A DNA stretch of 64,000 nucleotides, taken from the NCBI GenBank assembly GCA_044345845.1, contig JBIJAH010000007.1, positions 40,414-104,413 on the forward strand, given 5' to 3'. Below the pieces are notes generated by a model that was not told the origin of the DNA, did no database searches, and saw nothing but the letters and a program-made list of their open reading frames with translations. The DNA is from Roseomonas sp. Lineage in GTDB: Bacteria; Pseudomonadota; Alphaproteobacteria; Acetobacterales; Acetobacteraceae. The translations under genes and the position numbers were made by a program. How positions within the stretch are numbered: the first letter of the stretch is position 1; the number at the start of each line of letters is the position of its first letter. This document shows, piece by piece, positions 37,078 through 47,808 of this stretch.

Positions 37078-38196
37078 ATGATGAAATTCGATCAAAACCC
37101 ATCGCCCTGCGCTGCGTCCGGGGTTCCAGCCGGCTGGCTTTGCCAAGGCGCCTTGCGGGTGATCATGGCCTTGCTGCTGTGCTTGACGGTTCCCCCCCAG
37201 GCCCTGGCCCAGGCCGAAGCACCCATTCGCATGAGGATCGTCGGCGGGCTTGCCGATGTCAGCCAGTATTTGCGCTATGAGGAGCCATTCTGGCGCGAGC
37301 GTATTTCACAGGCGACCAATGGACGCATAGTCGCAGAAATCGTCCCCTTCGACCGTAGTGGCATTCGCGGCCAGGAAATGCTGTCTCTGATCCGGCTTGG
37401 GGTTGTGTCCTTTGGTACGGCCCTGCTTGCGGTCGTCAGCACCGAAGAACCTGAGTTCAACGCCATAGACCTGCCTGCGGTCAATCCAGATATCGCCGCC
37501 TTGCGTCGCTCGGTTGCGTCATTCCGCGGGCATCTGACAGAAACGCTGCGCGAACGTTATGAGGTGGAGCTTCTTGGTGTTTACGTCTATCCGGCCCAAG
37601 TGGTTTTTTGTCGGCGGCCTTTTTCCAAGCTTGCTGATCTTTCTGGGCGGCGGATCAGGACATCTTCGGTCGGCCAATCGGAAATGTTTACCGCCCTTGG
37701 CGCGACGCCTGTTGTCATTCCTTTTGCGGATATCGTCTCCGCGCTCAGATCAGGTGTGGTCGAATGCGCGGTGACCGGGACGCTGTCCGGCAATGATATT
37801 GGCCTGCATGAAGTGACAAGCCATGTGCATAGCATGGCGATCACCTGGGGACTTTCCATCTTTGGCGCGAATTTGGGAACCTGGAACGCTTTGCCGCAAT
37901 GGGCGCGCGATACTATCCGCACTGAAGTGACGAAGCTTGAGGCAGATATTTGGGGGGCAGCTGATCGCGAAACGGGTGAAGGGCTTGCCTGTAATTCTGG
38001 TCTGCCAAGCTGCCAGAATGGTCGCCGCGGCAATATGGTGGTGGTTCCTGTCTCCGACGCGGATGAACAGCGGCGGCGGCAATTATTGACCGATAACGTA
38101 CTACCTGGCTGGGTTCGACGTTGTGGAGCAGACTGCGTGGATGCCTGGAACAAGACCCTTGCCCCCGTGCTGGGCATAAGGGCACGACCGGATTAG
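37078..38196 (+). CDS. TRAP-type (DctP-like) substrate-binding protein with no adjacent permeases
   Basis: EEPFW, DLSGRRIR, PFADIVSALRSGVVECAVTG; a signal-like stretch begins near 37165, so the true start may be later. Confidence 0.85.
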   Translation: MMKFDQNPSPCAASGVPAGWLCQGALRVIMALLLCLTVPPQALAQAEAPIRMRIVGGLADVSQYLRYEEPFWRERISQATNGRIVAEIVPFDRSGIRGQEMLSLIRLGVVSFGTALLAVVSTEEPEFNAIDLPAVNPDIAALRRSVASFRGHLTETLRERYEVELLGVYVYPAQVVFCRRPFSKLADLSGRRIRTSSVGQSEMFTALGATPVVIPFADIVSALRSGVVECAVTGTLSGNDIGLHEVTSHVHSMAITWGLSIFGANLGTWNALPQWARDTIRTEVTKLEADIWGAADRETGEGLACNSGLPSCQNGRRGNMVVVPVSDADEQRRRQLLTDNVLPGWVRRCGADCVDAWNKTLAPVLGIRARPD

Positions 38197-38200
38197 GGCG

Positions 38201-41116
38201 ATGTTTTCGACGCGCTTCCTCCGCCATGCTGTGTTTCTTGCGGCGCTCGCGCTTATGGTGGCGCAGATTGTGGCGACCACCCTGCTGCTGAATCGTGCCA
38301 AGGAAGCGCAGATTGCGGCGGCGATTGATTCCTTGAACAAGATCGGGCGCTCTACTGAAGCGGCGATCAACCGTTCCTTTGTTCAGGTTGATGCCATGTT
38401 GGCGGGACTTCCCGCAGTGCTGGCGCCTTTTCAGCGTGATGGGCGGCTTGAAGTATCCCAGGTCAATCGGGTGCTTCGTGAGTTGAACAATCAGAACTTC
38501 ACCTATCGAGATATCTTGCTGATCGGGCCGGATGGTTTGCCGGTGGCAACAGCATTGCCTGTTTCTCGCCGCCGTCGACTGCCATTGCCAAGCGCTGCAT
38601 CCTTCGCCGAGGTTGCTGCGCGCGGCGGGAGTGTTTCCATTGGTGGGCCGGTTCTGAATGCCAATACCGGCGAATGGACGCTTTTCTTTGCCCGCAACAT
38701 CATTTTGCCGACCTTGGGCCCGGTTATGGCGGTGGCCGAAGTGCCTGTGCCCGTTGTGCAATCTATTCTCTCTGGTGCCGGTGAAAGCCTTGGCTTGCGC
38801 GTAACCCTTGAAAGGGATGACGGCACTTTACTGGCTTCGGTACCACACGATGAAACACGCATCGGCCAGAAGCTGAGCCCTACAGCAGCGGAAATGCGCA
38901 GCCCGGTGGCAGAGCAGGAGGTTAAAAGCCGATTCGGAGACGAAATGGTCTTGGTGGTTATTCGCCCAACGCTCTATCCCGCACTTGGTGTGTCGGTAAC
39001 CCTGAAGGTGGATGCCGCATTAAGCGGCTGGTACGCTGATCGCAGCCGGGCGTTTTTGGTCTCTGGCGCTCTTGGTTTGATGATTTTGCTTGTAGCTGGC
39101 GCACTGATTGTGGGCTTGCGGCAGAGGGAACGCGTTGAGGATGAACGTGCCAAAGCGCGGCGGACGCTTGAAAACGCGCTTGAGTCCATGTCCGATGGCT
39201 TTGTCATGTTTGATCCGGATGACAGGCTGATCGCGTGCAATAGCCGCTATAAGGATTTCTATACGCTTAGCGCCCCCTTCATTGTGCCGGGCGCCTTGTT
39301 TGATGACATCATGCGCGAAGGCGCTTTGCGTGGGCAATATCCGCAGGCACAAGGCGATATCGAGAAGTTCGTAGTCGCGAGCAAGGCTTTCCATCGCGGT
39401 AATCACCCCCCCATGGAACGGTTATTGCCGGATGGCCGTTGGGTGCTGATCACGGAAAGGCGTACGCCCGATGGGGGTGTGGTAGGCATCCGTACTGACA
39501 TCACACCTTTGAAGCGGGCGATGCAGGATCTGGCCGCGGCGCGTGACTCCGCCCGCACCGCAGGTGAAGCCAAAAGCCAGTTCTTGGCGCGCATGTCACA
39601 TGAACTGCGCACACCCCTTAACGGGATACTCGGATTTTCCGAACTACTGCTGGAAGATGGGCGCCTTGATCATGATCAGCATGAGAAGGTGCGGAATCTG
39701 CATGGTGCAGGCAAGCACCTGCTTGAACTTGTCAATGATCTACTCGACCTGACCAAGATTGAGTCAGGACGAATGGAGTTCGCCTCTCGCCCCTTCCTAT
39801 TGCAGGAGGTCGTTCAGAGCTGCGCATCCCTTGTTGCACCCGATGTGATGCGCAAAAAACTACAGTTCAAGTCAGATTTTGGCGAGGGACTGCCGAAAGC
39901 GTTGATAGGTGATCCAACGCGGCTGCGCCAGATTATTCTGAACCTGCTTTCCAATGCTGTGAAATTCACGCCTGATGGCGGTAGCATTTACTACAGGGTA
40001 AAGCGGAAAGACGCTGAGAGACTACGCATTGAAGTGCAGGATACTGGGCCCGGCATTTCACCCGAAAATCAGCGCCTTATCTTCCAGGATTTTGTGCAAC
40101 TCGTGTCCAATATGAAGAATGATGTCTTGGGTACGGGGCTTGGGCTTGCCATCACATCACGTCTTGTGAAGCAGATGGGCGGTGAGATCGGCTGCAAAAG
40201 TACGCCGGGTATCGGTTCCCTTTTCTGGTTTGAGATTCCAGTTTTCCTGACCGAAGTGCCGGCTACCACGGAGGCTGCACGAGAAAGCCAGGAAACCCCA
40301 CCTGCCTTTCATAGGCTTCGTGTTCTTGTTGTTGATGATGTCAAGGCAAATCGTGATGTAGCGGGCGCTCTGCTGACCATCATCGGGCATGAGGTAGGCT
40401 TTGCGGCCAATGGGGTGGAAGCGCTTGAAAAGCTTCAGGCCAGCAGCTTTGATGCTGTTCTGATGGATCTGCAGATGCCGGAAATGGATGGCTTTGCTGC
40501 GGCACGGGCCATAAGGGCAATGGCGCCCCCACTTAGCCAGGTTCCGGTTTACGCCCTGACGGCATCTGTGATGCCCGAACAAATTACTGCTGCGCGCGAA
40601 GCGGGAATGAATGGGCATATTGGCAAGCCATTGAGCAGGGAAGCGCTCATTCAGGTACTCAGCAGCCAGCAAAGCCGAGAGGGGTTTTCCGCCATCGGAG
40701 AGGAAGGCAGCCCAGCTTTGCCTGGTGCGGTAGCGAAAGAGGTCTCCTCAATTGATGTCGGTGTGCTTGAGGTGCTGAAAGACGAATTAAAGGGAGCCGC
40801 TGAGGGTGTTGTTCGGGAATTCATGATTGAAATGAAAACAATACAGGAGAATTTTGTACGGGAATTGGGGACCAATCAGCCGCGACCAGACGTGATCGCG
40901 CATGATGCGCATCGTCTGCTCGGCGCGGCACGCACACTTGGTGCGCAAGTGCTGTCAGCAGAATTGAACGCGTTTCAGAAGCTTCAGCCGCGTGAAAGTA
41001 CAGTTTTCCCCGTGGAAAATGCACATGCGCTAAGGCGTGTGATTGATGAAACCAATCTGGCCTTGGCCAACCTTGAAGCTTTTTGCCAGCGAAATTTTAT
41101 CAGTGAGAAAGTCTGA
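38201..41116 (+). CDS. Membrane hybrid histidine kinase (TM-periplasmic Cache-like-TM-PAS-HisKA-HATPase-REC-Hpt)
   Basis: Two TMs, SHELRTP, NLLSNAVKFT, DTGPGI, GTGLGL, LMDLQMP and AHRLLGAARTLGA. Confidence 0.93.
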   Translation: MFSTRFLRHAVFLAALALMVAQIVATTLLLNRAKEAQIAAAIDSLNKIGRSTEAAINRSFVQVDAMLAGLPAVLAPFQRDGRLEVSQVNRVLRELNNQNFTYRDILLIGPDGLPVATALPVSRRRRLPLPSAASFAEVAARGGSVSIGGPVLNANTGEWTLFFARNIILPTLGPVMAVAEVPVPVVQSILSGAGESLGLRVTLERDDGTLLASVPHDETRIGQKLSPTAAEMRSPVAEQEVKSRFGDEMVLVVIRPTLYPALGVSVTLKVDAALSGWYADRSRAFLVSGALGLMILLVAGALIVGLRQRERVEDERAKARRTLENALESMSDGFVMFDPDDRLIACNSRYKDFYTLSAPFIVPGALFDDIMREGALRGQYPQAQGDIEKFVVASKAFHRGNHPPMERLLPDGRWVLITERRTPDGGVVGIRTDITPLKRAMQDLAAARDSARTAGEAKSQFLARMSHELRTPLNGILGFSELLLEDGRLDHDQHEKVRNLHGAGKHLLELVNDLLDLTKIESGRMEFASRPFLLQEVVQSCASLVAPDVMRKKLQFKSDFGEGLPKALIGDPTRLRQIILNLLSNAVKFTPDGGSIYYRVKRKDAERLRIEVQDTGPGISPENQRLIFQDFVQLVSNMKNDVLGTGLGLAITSRLVKQMGGEIGCKSTPGIGSLFWFEIPVFLTEVPATTEAARESQETPPAFHRLRVLVVDDVKANRDVAGALLTIIGHEVGFAANGVEALEKLQASSFDAVLMDLQMPEMDGFAAARAIRAMAPPLSQVPVYALTASVMPEQITAAREAGMNGHIGKPLSREALIQVLSSQQSREGFSAIGEEGSPALPGAVAKEVSSIDVGVLEVLKDELKGAAEGVVREFMIEMKTIQENFVRELGTNQPRPDVIAHDAHRLLGAARTLGAQVLSAELNAFQKLQPRESTVFPVENAHALRRVIDETNLALANLEAFCQRNFISEKV

Positions 41117-41227
41117 CGCTTCAAGCAAGCCTGTAGCAATCTATCGCCACAAACTGCCCAGATGGCAAAAGGTGATGGCTGGTCCAGGCAGCAGGGATCA
41201 CGCGATCAACTGATGCGTAAAGAAGCA

Positions 41228-42172
41228 TCACGCCTGCTGCCCCATCCCAACCATACGCTTAAAACCGGCCCATTGCTGCGCCAGCCAGCCCCCCGTGGCC
41301 ATCGCCTCAGGCGCGGTCGGGTCGCCAGTGCGCGGGAAGACCTTCCGGCTGAAATCCGCAGTGCCGAACACCCAATCCCAAACCGGGAACAGAACCGCGT
41401 AATTCTTGCCGTGTTCAGCCGTGGAAAGAACGCCATGGTGCAGGCGATGATAGCGTGGGGAAACCACAAGCCTTTCACCAATCCTGCCAAAGGACAGCCG
41501 GATATTGCCGTGAGAGAAAGCCTCCACCAGCCGCATCAGCAGCAGGAGTAGCGGGAATTGTGCCGGCGTTACCCCAATCACCAGCGCGATTGTGCCGAAC
41601 CACAGCGCGGCAATCGCCTCATCCAAAATATGGTTGCGGTCATCGGTCCAGAAGGTCATTTGGCGCTGAGCGTGATGAATGGAATGCAGCGCCCACCACC
41701 AGCCGATGCTGTGTTGCAACCGATGGCGCCAATACTCACCAAAATCCAGGATCAGGATATAGAGGAAAAAGGTAATAAGCGGCGCTTCACGTAGGGCAGG
41801 AAAGAAGGTTTCCAGTGTTGGCGCAACAAAGCCTGTATCGGCCAGAAGCCCTTCCAATTGGCTTTGGATCGCGGCCAGGAAAATGAAGGCCAGCAATGGA
41901 AAAATCCCAAGCCTTGCCAGCAGCGTATAGATGATATCGGTCCTGATGGCGCGCCGATCGGTAATGGGTTCCACCGGTCGCCATGCCTCCAACGGCCGGC
42001 AGACAGCATAAATCACCAGCATGCCGAAGACGCTGAATACAGCGAAATCCACCCATTCCAGCATTTCATCGGCGATATTCATCATGTCCGTGGCATAAAG
42101 CACCGGCTGAAGCAGGGTTTCGAAAATCCAACCCGTCAGCTTGGTGTGAAGATCATCAAGGGTCTTGAACAT
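41228..42172 (-). CDS. Sterol desaturase / fatty acid hydroxylase family protein
   Basis: His boxes YWRHRLQH, LHSIHH, HGN and YHRLHH; NYAVLFPVWDWVFGT. Confidence 0.9.
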   Translation of the reverse strand: MFKTLDDLHTKLTGWIFETLLQPVLYATDMMNIADEMLEWVDFAVFSVFGMLVIYAVCRPLEAWRPVEPITDRRAIRTDIIYTLLARLGIFPLLAFIFLAAIQSQLEGLLADTGFVAPTLETFFPALREAPLITFFLYILILDFGEYWRHRLQHSIGWWWALHSIHHAQRQMTFWTDDRNHILDEAIAALWFGTIALVIGVTPAQFPLLLLLMRLVEAFSHGNIRLSFGRIGERLVVSPRYHRLHHGVLSTAEHGKNYAVLFPVWDWVFGTADFSRKVFPRTGDPTAPEAMATGGWLAQQWAGFKRMVGMGQQA

Positions 42173-42175
42173 GGC

Positions 42176-42946
42176 TCAGCGTCTGCCTTCCGCGGTCAGG
42201 GGCGCGAAGCAGAAGCCTTTTGCTTGCAGCCCCATCAGCACATCTTCCAGCACATTGGCATAGGGTTCCTTCCGGCTGCGTACCCCCCAATGCATGACCA
42301 GGACCTCACCATCACGGATGTTTCGAAGCGCCTGTTCGCGCAGTGCGGTATTGGGATGCGTCTCGCTATTCAGCTCATCGCCAAGGAAGCCGCCTTTGGT
42401 CCAGCCCTGGTGCCGGAGGCCACAAGCCTCCGCCAGGCGCAGCGCATTCGGTGTGGTGATGCCTCCAGGCGCGCGCCAAAGGGGCAAAATAACAGCGTCC
42501 GGCGCGGCGCTGCGCAGCCGCTCTATCGGGGCGGCAAGCTCCTGGCACATGGCTGCTTGATCCAGCCGCGCTTCACTGCCGCCGCTGCGCGCGACATAGC
42601 GCACCACACCCGGCGCAGGATCGCCCCGGAAATACCAATGCCGATCCGTGTGGCTCGCGAATACATGGCCTTCCGCCGCGCGGGCACGCCAAAATGCCGC
42701 CCAGGCGGGATCAAGGCTACGATCACCGCGATAGGTTGGCTCATGCGCGACGAAAAGCGTGGCGCGAATGCCGCGACGGCGGAGGATTTCGGCGATTTTT
42801 TCCGCCTCTCGCCCCCAGCCCGTATCAATAGTTAGGTAAAGCGACCCGGCAGGGCAGGCGGCGGAGGTCTGGGCCGAGGCCGGCATGGCCGCAAGCGTGC
42901 AGAGCGCGGTCATCGCCAGTACGGCCTTGCGCCAGAATTTCATCAC
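42176..42946 (-). CDS. Exported polysaccharide deacetylase (NodB-like) family protein
   Basis: Signal peptide, YLTIDTG, SHTDRH, WRAPGG and LVMHWG. Confidence 0.85.
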   Translation of the reverse strand: MMKFWRKAVLAMTALCTLAAMPASAQTSAACPAGSLYLTIDTGWGREAEKIAEILRRRGIRATLFVAHEPTYRGDRSLDPAWAAFWRARAAEGHVFASHTDRHWYFRGDPAPGVVRYVARSGGSEARLDQAAMCQELAAPIERLRSAAPDAVILPLWRAPGGITTPNALRLAEACGLRHQGWTKGGFLGDELNSETHPNTALREQALRNIRDGEVLVMHWGVRSRKEPYANVLEDVLMGLQAKGFCFAPLTAEGRR

Positions 42947-43881
42947 CGCGCAGCAACCGGCTGCACGAAAATACCATGCGGGCTGCGGCCGACGCGAATG
43001 GTCGAAAATTCGCCCGTATTTGGATCAAGCCGCGCAATACGGCCCGCCCAGCGGAGCGTGGCCCAAACCGCGCCATCGGGGGCGAAGGCGATACAGTCCG
43101 GCCCGCCGGGCACTTCATGAATGCGGCGCACTTCCAGGCTGACGGGGTCAATTTCCGCAATGCGGCTTTGCACGCGGCTGGTGGCCCAGAGCGTTTTGCC
43201 GTCGGGCGCGGCGAAAACAGTATGTGCGCCGCGGCCCACCCGGATGGTGCTTTCCACCTTCTGGGTTTCGGGATTGAGCACCGCAAAATGATCGCGGCCC
43301 ATGATTCCAACAATCAACCGGTCGCGGTGCCATATGATGCCGGCTGGTTCCGGCCCAACCGGCGCCTGCCAGACAATGCGGCGCGTTTGCAGGTCAATCG
43401 CAATGACGGTGCCATCCCCCTGGATGGTGATGAAGGCAAAGCGCGAATCCGGGCTGAAAGCGATATGGGATGGCTTGTTGCCAACCCGAAGCCGTTCCAA
43501 AAGCCGCGGCCCATCGGCGTCGTAGATATCCACCTGACCGCGCCTTAGGCTGGCTATCACCAGCAATCGCCCATCTGGCGTGAAATCCAGATGATAAGGG
43601 TTTGAAATGCGTTCCCGGCGCAACACATTGCCGGTGGCCGGTTCCACGAAAAGAATTTCATTCCCCGCAGAATCCGCAATCAGCAATTCGCGCCCACCTG
43701 GTGCCAGCACCAAATGATGCACTTCGCGCAGGCCTTCAATGCGGCGCACTTCCTCACCGGTTTTGGCATCAATCTTGACGATGCTGGGGTCGGCTGAGTT
43801 CAGCACATAAACAAGATCGGCCCGCGCCGGGGCGCATAGCTGAAGCAAGGCCAGGCCAAGGCCAAACAACACGCGGATCAT
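42943..43881 (-). CDS. Exported YncE/YVTN beta-propeller protein
   Basis: Signal peptide and repeated blades (PYHLDFTPDGR, PSHIAFSPDSR, AHTVFAAPDGK, PHGI). ATG 43881 makes an ATGA overlap with msrB. Confidence 0.85.
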   Translation of the reverse strand: MIRVLFGLGLALLQLCAPARADLVYVLNSADPSIVKIDAKTGEEVRRIEGLREVHHLVLAPGGRELLIADSAGNEILFVEPATGNVLRRERISNPYHLDFTPDGRLLVIASLRRGQVDIYDADGPRLLERLRVGNKPSHIAFSPDSRFAFITIQGDGTVIAIDLQTRRIVWQAPVGPEPAGIIWHRDRLIVGIMGRDHFAVLNPETQKVESTIRVGRGAHTVFAAPDGKTLWATSRVQSRIAEIDPVSLEVRRIHEVPGGPDCIAFAPDGAVWATLRWAGRIARLDPNTGEFSTIRVGRSPHGIFVQPVAAR

Positions 43882-44312
43882 GATGCGGCCGTAGGCTCGA
43901 AGGTCATGGCGATGCCATTCATGCAAAAGCGCTGGCCCGTGGGGGGCGGCCCATCAGGGAAAACATGGCCAAGATGGCCGCCACAATGGGCGCAATGCAC
44001 TTCGGTCCGCACCATAAAAAGCGAGCGATCCATATGGGTGCCGACGGCGCCTTCCAAGGGCGCGTAGAAGGAAGGCCAGCCGGTGCCGCTTTCATATTTG
44101 GTCGTCGCTTCGAAAAGCGGTGTGCCGCAGCCGCCGCACAGGAAACGCCCGGGGCGCTTTTCAGCATTCAGCGGCGATGTGCCCGGCCTTTCGGTGCCGT
44201 GCTGGCGCAGCACGCGAAAGGCTTCGGAGGAAAGGGCTGCGCGCCATTCGCTTTCGGTCTTTTGGATCGCAAAGACCTCATCTGGCTGCTTGTTTTGCTT
44301 GAAAAAAACCAT
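43878..44312 (-). CDS. msrB: Peptide-methionine (R)-S-oxide reductase
   Basis: GTERPG, CGGC, KYESGTGWPSF, CAHCGGHLGHVFPDGP and RFCMN. Confidence 0.97.
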   Translation of the reverse strand: MVFFKQNKQPDEVFAIQKTESEWRAALSSEAFRVLRQHGTERPGTSPLNAEKRPGRFLCGGCGTPLFEATTKYESGTGWPSFYAPLEGAVGTHMDRSLFMVRTEVHCAHCGGHLGHVFPDGPPPTGQRFCMNGIAMTFEPTAAS

Positions 44313-44318
44313 GCGTCC

Positions 44319-44861
<543 letters not shown>

Positions 44862-44917
44862 TCAGTTCCAGCCTTCCTCAATAATGGCGCCACCGCCCTG
44901 ACCCCCTTATTTTAGGG

Positions 44918-47653
44918 CTAATTGGCAAACAGGGCCAATATATCGGCAAGGCTTCCGCCGCCTGCAAGGATCACGTCATCACCTGTGCCGCCCTGGAAGC
45001 TATGGCTCAGCCCATTGCCGACCATGATGGACCCGCCAGGTCTCGCAACAAGGGAAAGGTCGCTTACCCCCTCGGCAACTATCAGTACCTCAACTTCAGC
45101 GGCCAGGGTGATATTGGCTGAGGTGATGATGGTGTCCTGGCCGCCCCCGGCGGCCTCAATGATCCGATCCTGCGAATCGATGAAAAAGTAGAGGTCATTG
45201 CCGGCGCCGCCCGCCATGGTGTCGGCGCCATCGCCACCATCCAGCGTGTCATTACCGGTATCGCCGGCGATGGAATCCTGCCCGACGCCCCCGATCAGCA
45301 GGTCGGCATCCGAACCGCCGTGAAGCGTGTCATCATGCTCACCACCATTCAGCGTGTCGGCGCCCGCACCGCCCCATAGCGTGTCAGCCCCGGCGCCGGC
45401 AGAAAGGTAATTCGCCAAACCATCGCCAAGGAGTTGGTCGTGGCCGGCCCCGGTGGTCACATGCTCAATGCCCTGCAATTGATCACTACCTGCCGCACCT
45501 GTGGCTATCCCATTGATGAGATTAACCGTGACGTTCTGGCCGAATTCAGACAAATCAGTATAGCTGACCCAGTCGCCCACGCCATCGCCACCGATCAGAA
45601 GATCGGCGCCCGCATCCCCTTGCAGCGTGTCATCGCCGGCCTCGCCCCGGATCGTGTCATTGCCGAGCCCGCCTGTGAACTCATTGGCCAGCGCATTGCC
45701 GATCAGAAGGTTATTGCTTTCATTGCCGAAACCCCGTTGGGCGCTGCCGGCGGCTGAAAGGATCAGGGTTTCGATGTCAGCGGGAAGGTAGAAGTCAATC
45801 CAGGCCGAAATTGTATCAGCCCCTTCGCCAGGGTTCTCCAGCGGCAGGTCATCGGTACTTTCGATCTGGTAGAAATCATCCCCAGCGCCGCCTTCAAGAA
45901 CATTCTGGCCCATGCCACCGGTCAGCGTGTCATGTCCGGCGCCGCCCTGAAGATAGTCATCGCCATCATTGCCCATAAGGCTATCGCTGGCAGAGCCACC
46001 AAACAGGTAATTGCCTTCCACGCCGCCAACCATGGTCATTGCGGCGCTGGCTGCCCGCGCATCCACGGCTTCAAAACCAGCGATCCAGGAACCATTGCCC
46101 GCCTGATTTTCTGAGAGCCCTAAATGAATGAAGATTCCCATGGAGAGAATGAGCCAATCAAAGCCATCCCCGCCATCCAACCAGTCATTGGCATCTTGCA
46201 GCAGAAGTCGGTCATCACCGACGCCGCCTTCCAGCGTATCGGCGCCATTGCCGCCAATTAAGCTATCGGCGCCATCGCCGCCGATCAGCCAATCATTACC
46301 CGCACCGCCATCCAGCGTATCGGCCCCATCTGCGCCAAAGAGCAAATCCAGACCGCCCCCGCCAAGCAGCCGATCCAGCCCAAAACTGCCAAAAAGCGAA
46401 TCATTACCCGCTTCGCCATCCAGGTAGTTGTTGGCATCAACGCCGTCCATGTCATCAAAGGTCGGCCCATCGGCGTAGAGCGCGTCATTGCCATCGCCGC
46501 CATAGAGCCAATCGTCGCCCGCGCCACCCCAAAGTTGGTCATCAGCGCCAAGACCGGAAAGCGTGTCGGCCCCAGCGCCACCGAAAAGCCAATCCGTAGC
46601 CGCCGCGCCAAGCAGCAGATCCGCACCGCCCAGGCCGAATAATCTTGATTCCGATACGCTGGCCGAAATCACTTCATCATTGTCGGTGCCGGCCATGCCA
46701 GCGAAGCTGCCCGGCACGGCCCATGAATAGAAATTTTCTGGCGTGAATATCGTGGTGACGCAGCGGATCATGAGATCTGCGGTGCTGAGCGTATTGTCCT
46801 GATCAAGGTCAATGATGATCCAGCCGCCTAGCGTGGTGTCTGTGCTGCCGGCGGGAAGGTACCAGGCTTGCAGATAGCCCAACCCCAAATCCTCACCGGG
46901 CAGGGCAAGTCCCGCCACTGGCCCGCCATTCGTCTGCAAAGCGCCACGCCAGATCAGCGGTGCCGGATCCAGGGCGCCATCCAATACGCCATTGCTGAGG
47001 CCGAAGGAAATCGAATCCCCCTGCGCGCGAGAGAAATCGGCGATGGTGTCAGCTGCCAGGAAATTGCTCGCGAGCGAGGGCTCTAGGGAAAGATCAATGA
47101 GAAAAATATCGGCATCGTTGCCGCCAAGCAGCCAATCCGCGCCGCCGCCGCCATTCAAGATATCCTGGCCATCGCCCCCTTCAAGCGTGTCGCGCCCAAG
47201 GCCGCCTCGCAGAACATCATCACCCGCTTCGCCGCGCAAAAGATTACGCGCAGCGCTATTGTCCTTGCTTGTTCCGGTCTGGCCATCCGCCCAAAGAACA
47301 TCCCAGCCATTGCCGCCAAGCAGCGTATCATTGCCGGCATCACCTTGCAGGTCATCCGCCAGATCGCCGCCATTGAGGGAATCATTACCTTCACCGCCTG
47401 AAAGCTGATCCACGCCGCCAAAGCCGAGCAGGGTGTCATTGCCGGCAAGCCCCGCAAGGCTATCATCCGTGACACCGGGGCTTGAGAGGAAATCATGGCC
47501 GGATGTGCCAACGAAGGAGCCATTATTGTTGGTGACCGAGGGCCAAGGCGGAGCCCCCACTTGGCCATGAGCAAGCAATGATTGGTTAGTAAAAATATAC
47601 GAATCATTGATGGCGTCCGATAGGGTAGACGTATCGGAAAGCGTTTTAGACAT
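44918..47653 (-). CDS. RTX-type calcium-binding repeat protein (probable T1SS substrate)
   Basis: Many GGxGxDxL nonapeptides in several blocks; Gly/Asp-rich, with no signal peptide. The start is uncertain (47653 or 47704). Confidence 0.9.
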   Translation of the reverse strand: MSKTLSDTSTLSDAINDSYIFTNQSLLAHGQVGAPPWPSVTNNNGSFVGTSGHDFLSSPGVTDDSLAGLAGNDTLLGFGGVDQLSGGEGNDSLNGGDLADDLQGDAGNDTLLGGNGWDVLWADGQTGTSKDNSAARNLLRGEAGDDVLRGGLGRDTLEGGDGQDILNGGGGADWLLGGNDADIFLIDLSLEPSLASNFLAADTIADFSRAQGDSISFGLSNGVLDGALDPAPLIWRGALQTNGGPVAGLALPGEDLGLGYLQAWYLPAGSTDTTLGGWIIIDLDQDNTLSTADLMIRCVTTIFTPENFYSWAVPGSFAGMAGTDNDEVISASVSESRLFGLGGADLLLGAAATDWLFGGAGADTLSGLGADDQLWGGAGDDWLYGGDGNDALYADGPTFDDMDGVDANNYLDGEAGNDSLFGSFGLDRLLGGGGLDLLFGADGADTLDGGAGNDWLIGGDGADSLIGGNGADTLEGGVGDDRLLLQDANDWLDGGDGFDWLILSMGIFIHLGLSENQAGNGSWIAGFEAVDARAASAAMTMVGGVEGNYLFGGSASDSLMGNDGDDYLQGGAGHDTLTGGMGQNVLEGGAGDDFYQIESTDDLPLENPGEGADTISAWIDFYLPADIETLILSAAGSAQRGFGNESNNLLIGNALANEFTGGLGNDTIRGEAGDDTLQGDAGADLLIGGDGVGDWVSYTDLSEFGQNVTVNLINGIATGAAGSDQLQGIEHVTTGAGHDQLLGDGLANYLSAGAGADTLWGGAGADTLNGGEHDDTLHGGSDADLLIGGVGQDSIAGDTGNDTLDGGDGADTMAGGAGNDLYFFIDSQDRIIEAAGGGQDTIITSANITLAAEVEVLIVAEGVSDLSLVARPGGSIMVGNGLSHSFQGGTGDDVILAGGGSLADILALFAN

Positions 47654-47771
47654 CAGGTTTCTTTGCGATGTGAACATTTTGGCTCCACACCGGAGTATTG
47701 GCATTTTGAGATTTAAATTTTGAAAACAGGCGCGCCGATTTTTGCCTTGGCTTGCGTGATGTTTGTGCTTC

Positions 47772-47797
47772 CGGCTATATCCATTTGGGAATAACGA
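47772..47797. promoter_or_regulatory. Candidate ModE operator upstream of modA
   Basis: CGGCTATAT-CCATTTGG-GAATAACGA is an imperfect version of the CGnTATAT-N-ATATAnCG ModE palindrome. Confidence 0.45.
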
Positions 47798-47808
47798 AGG
47801 GGGGGGCT

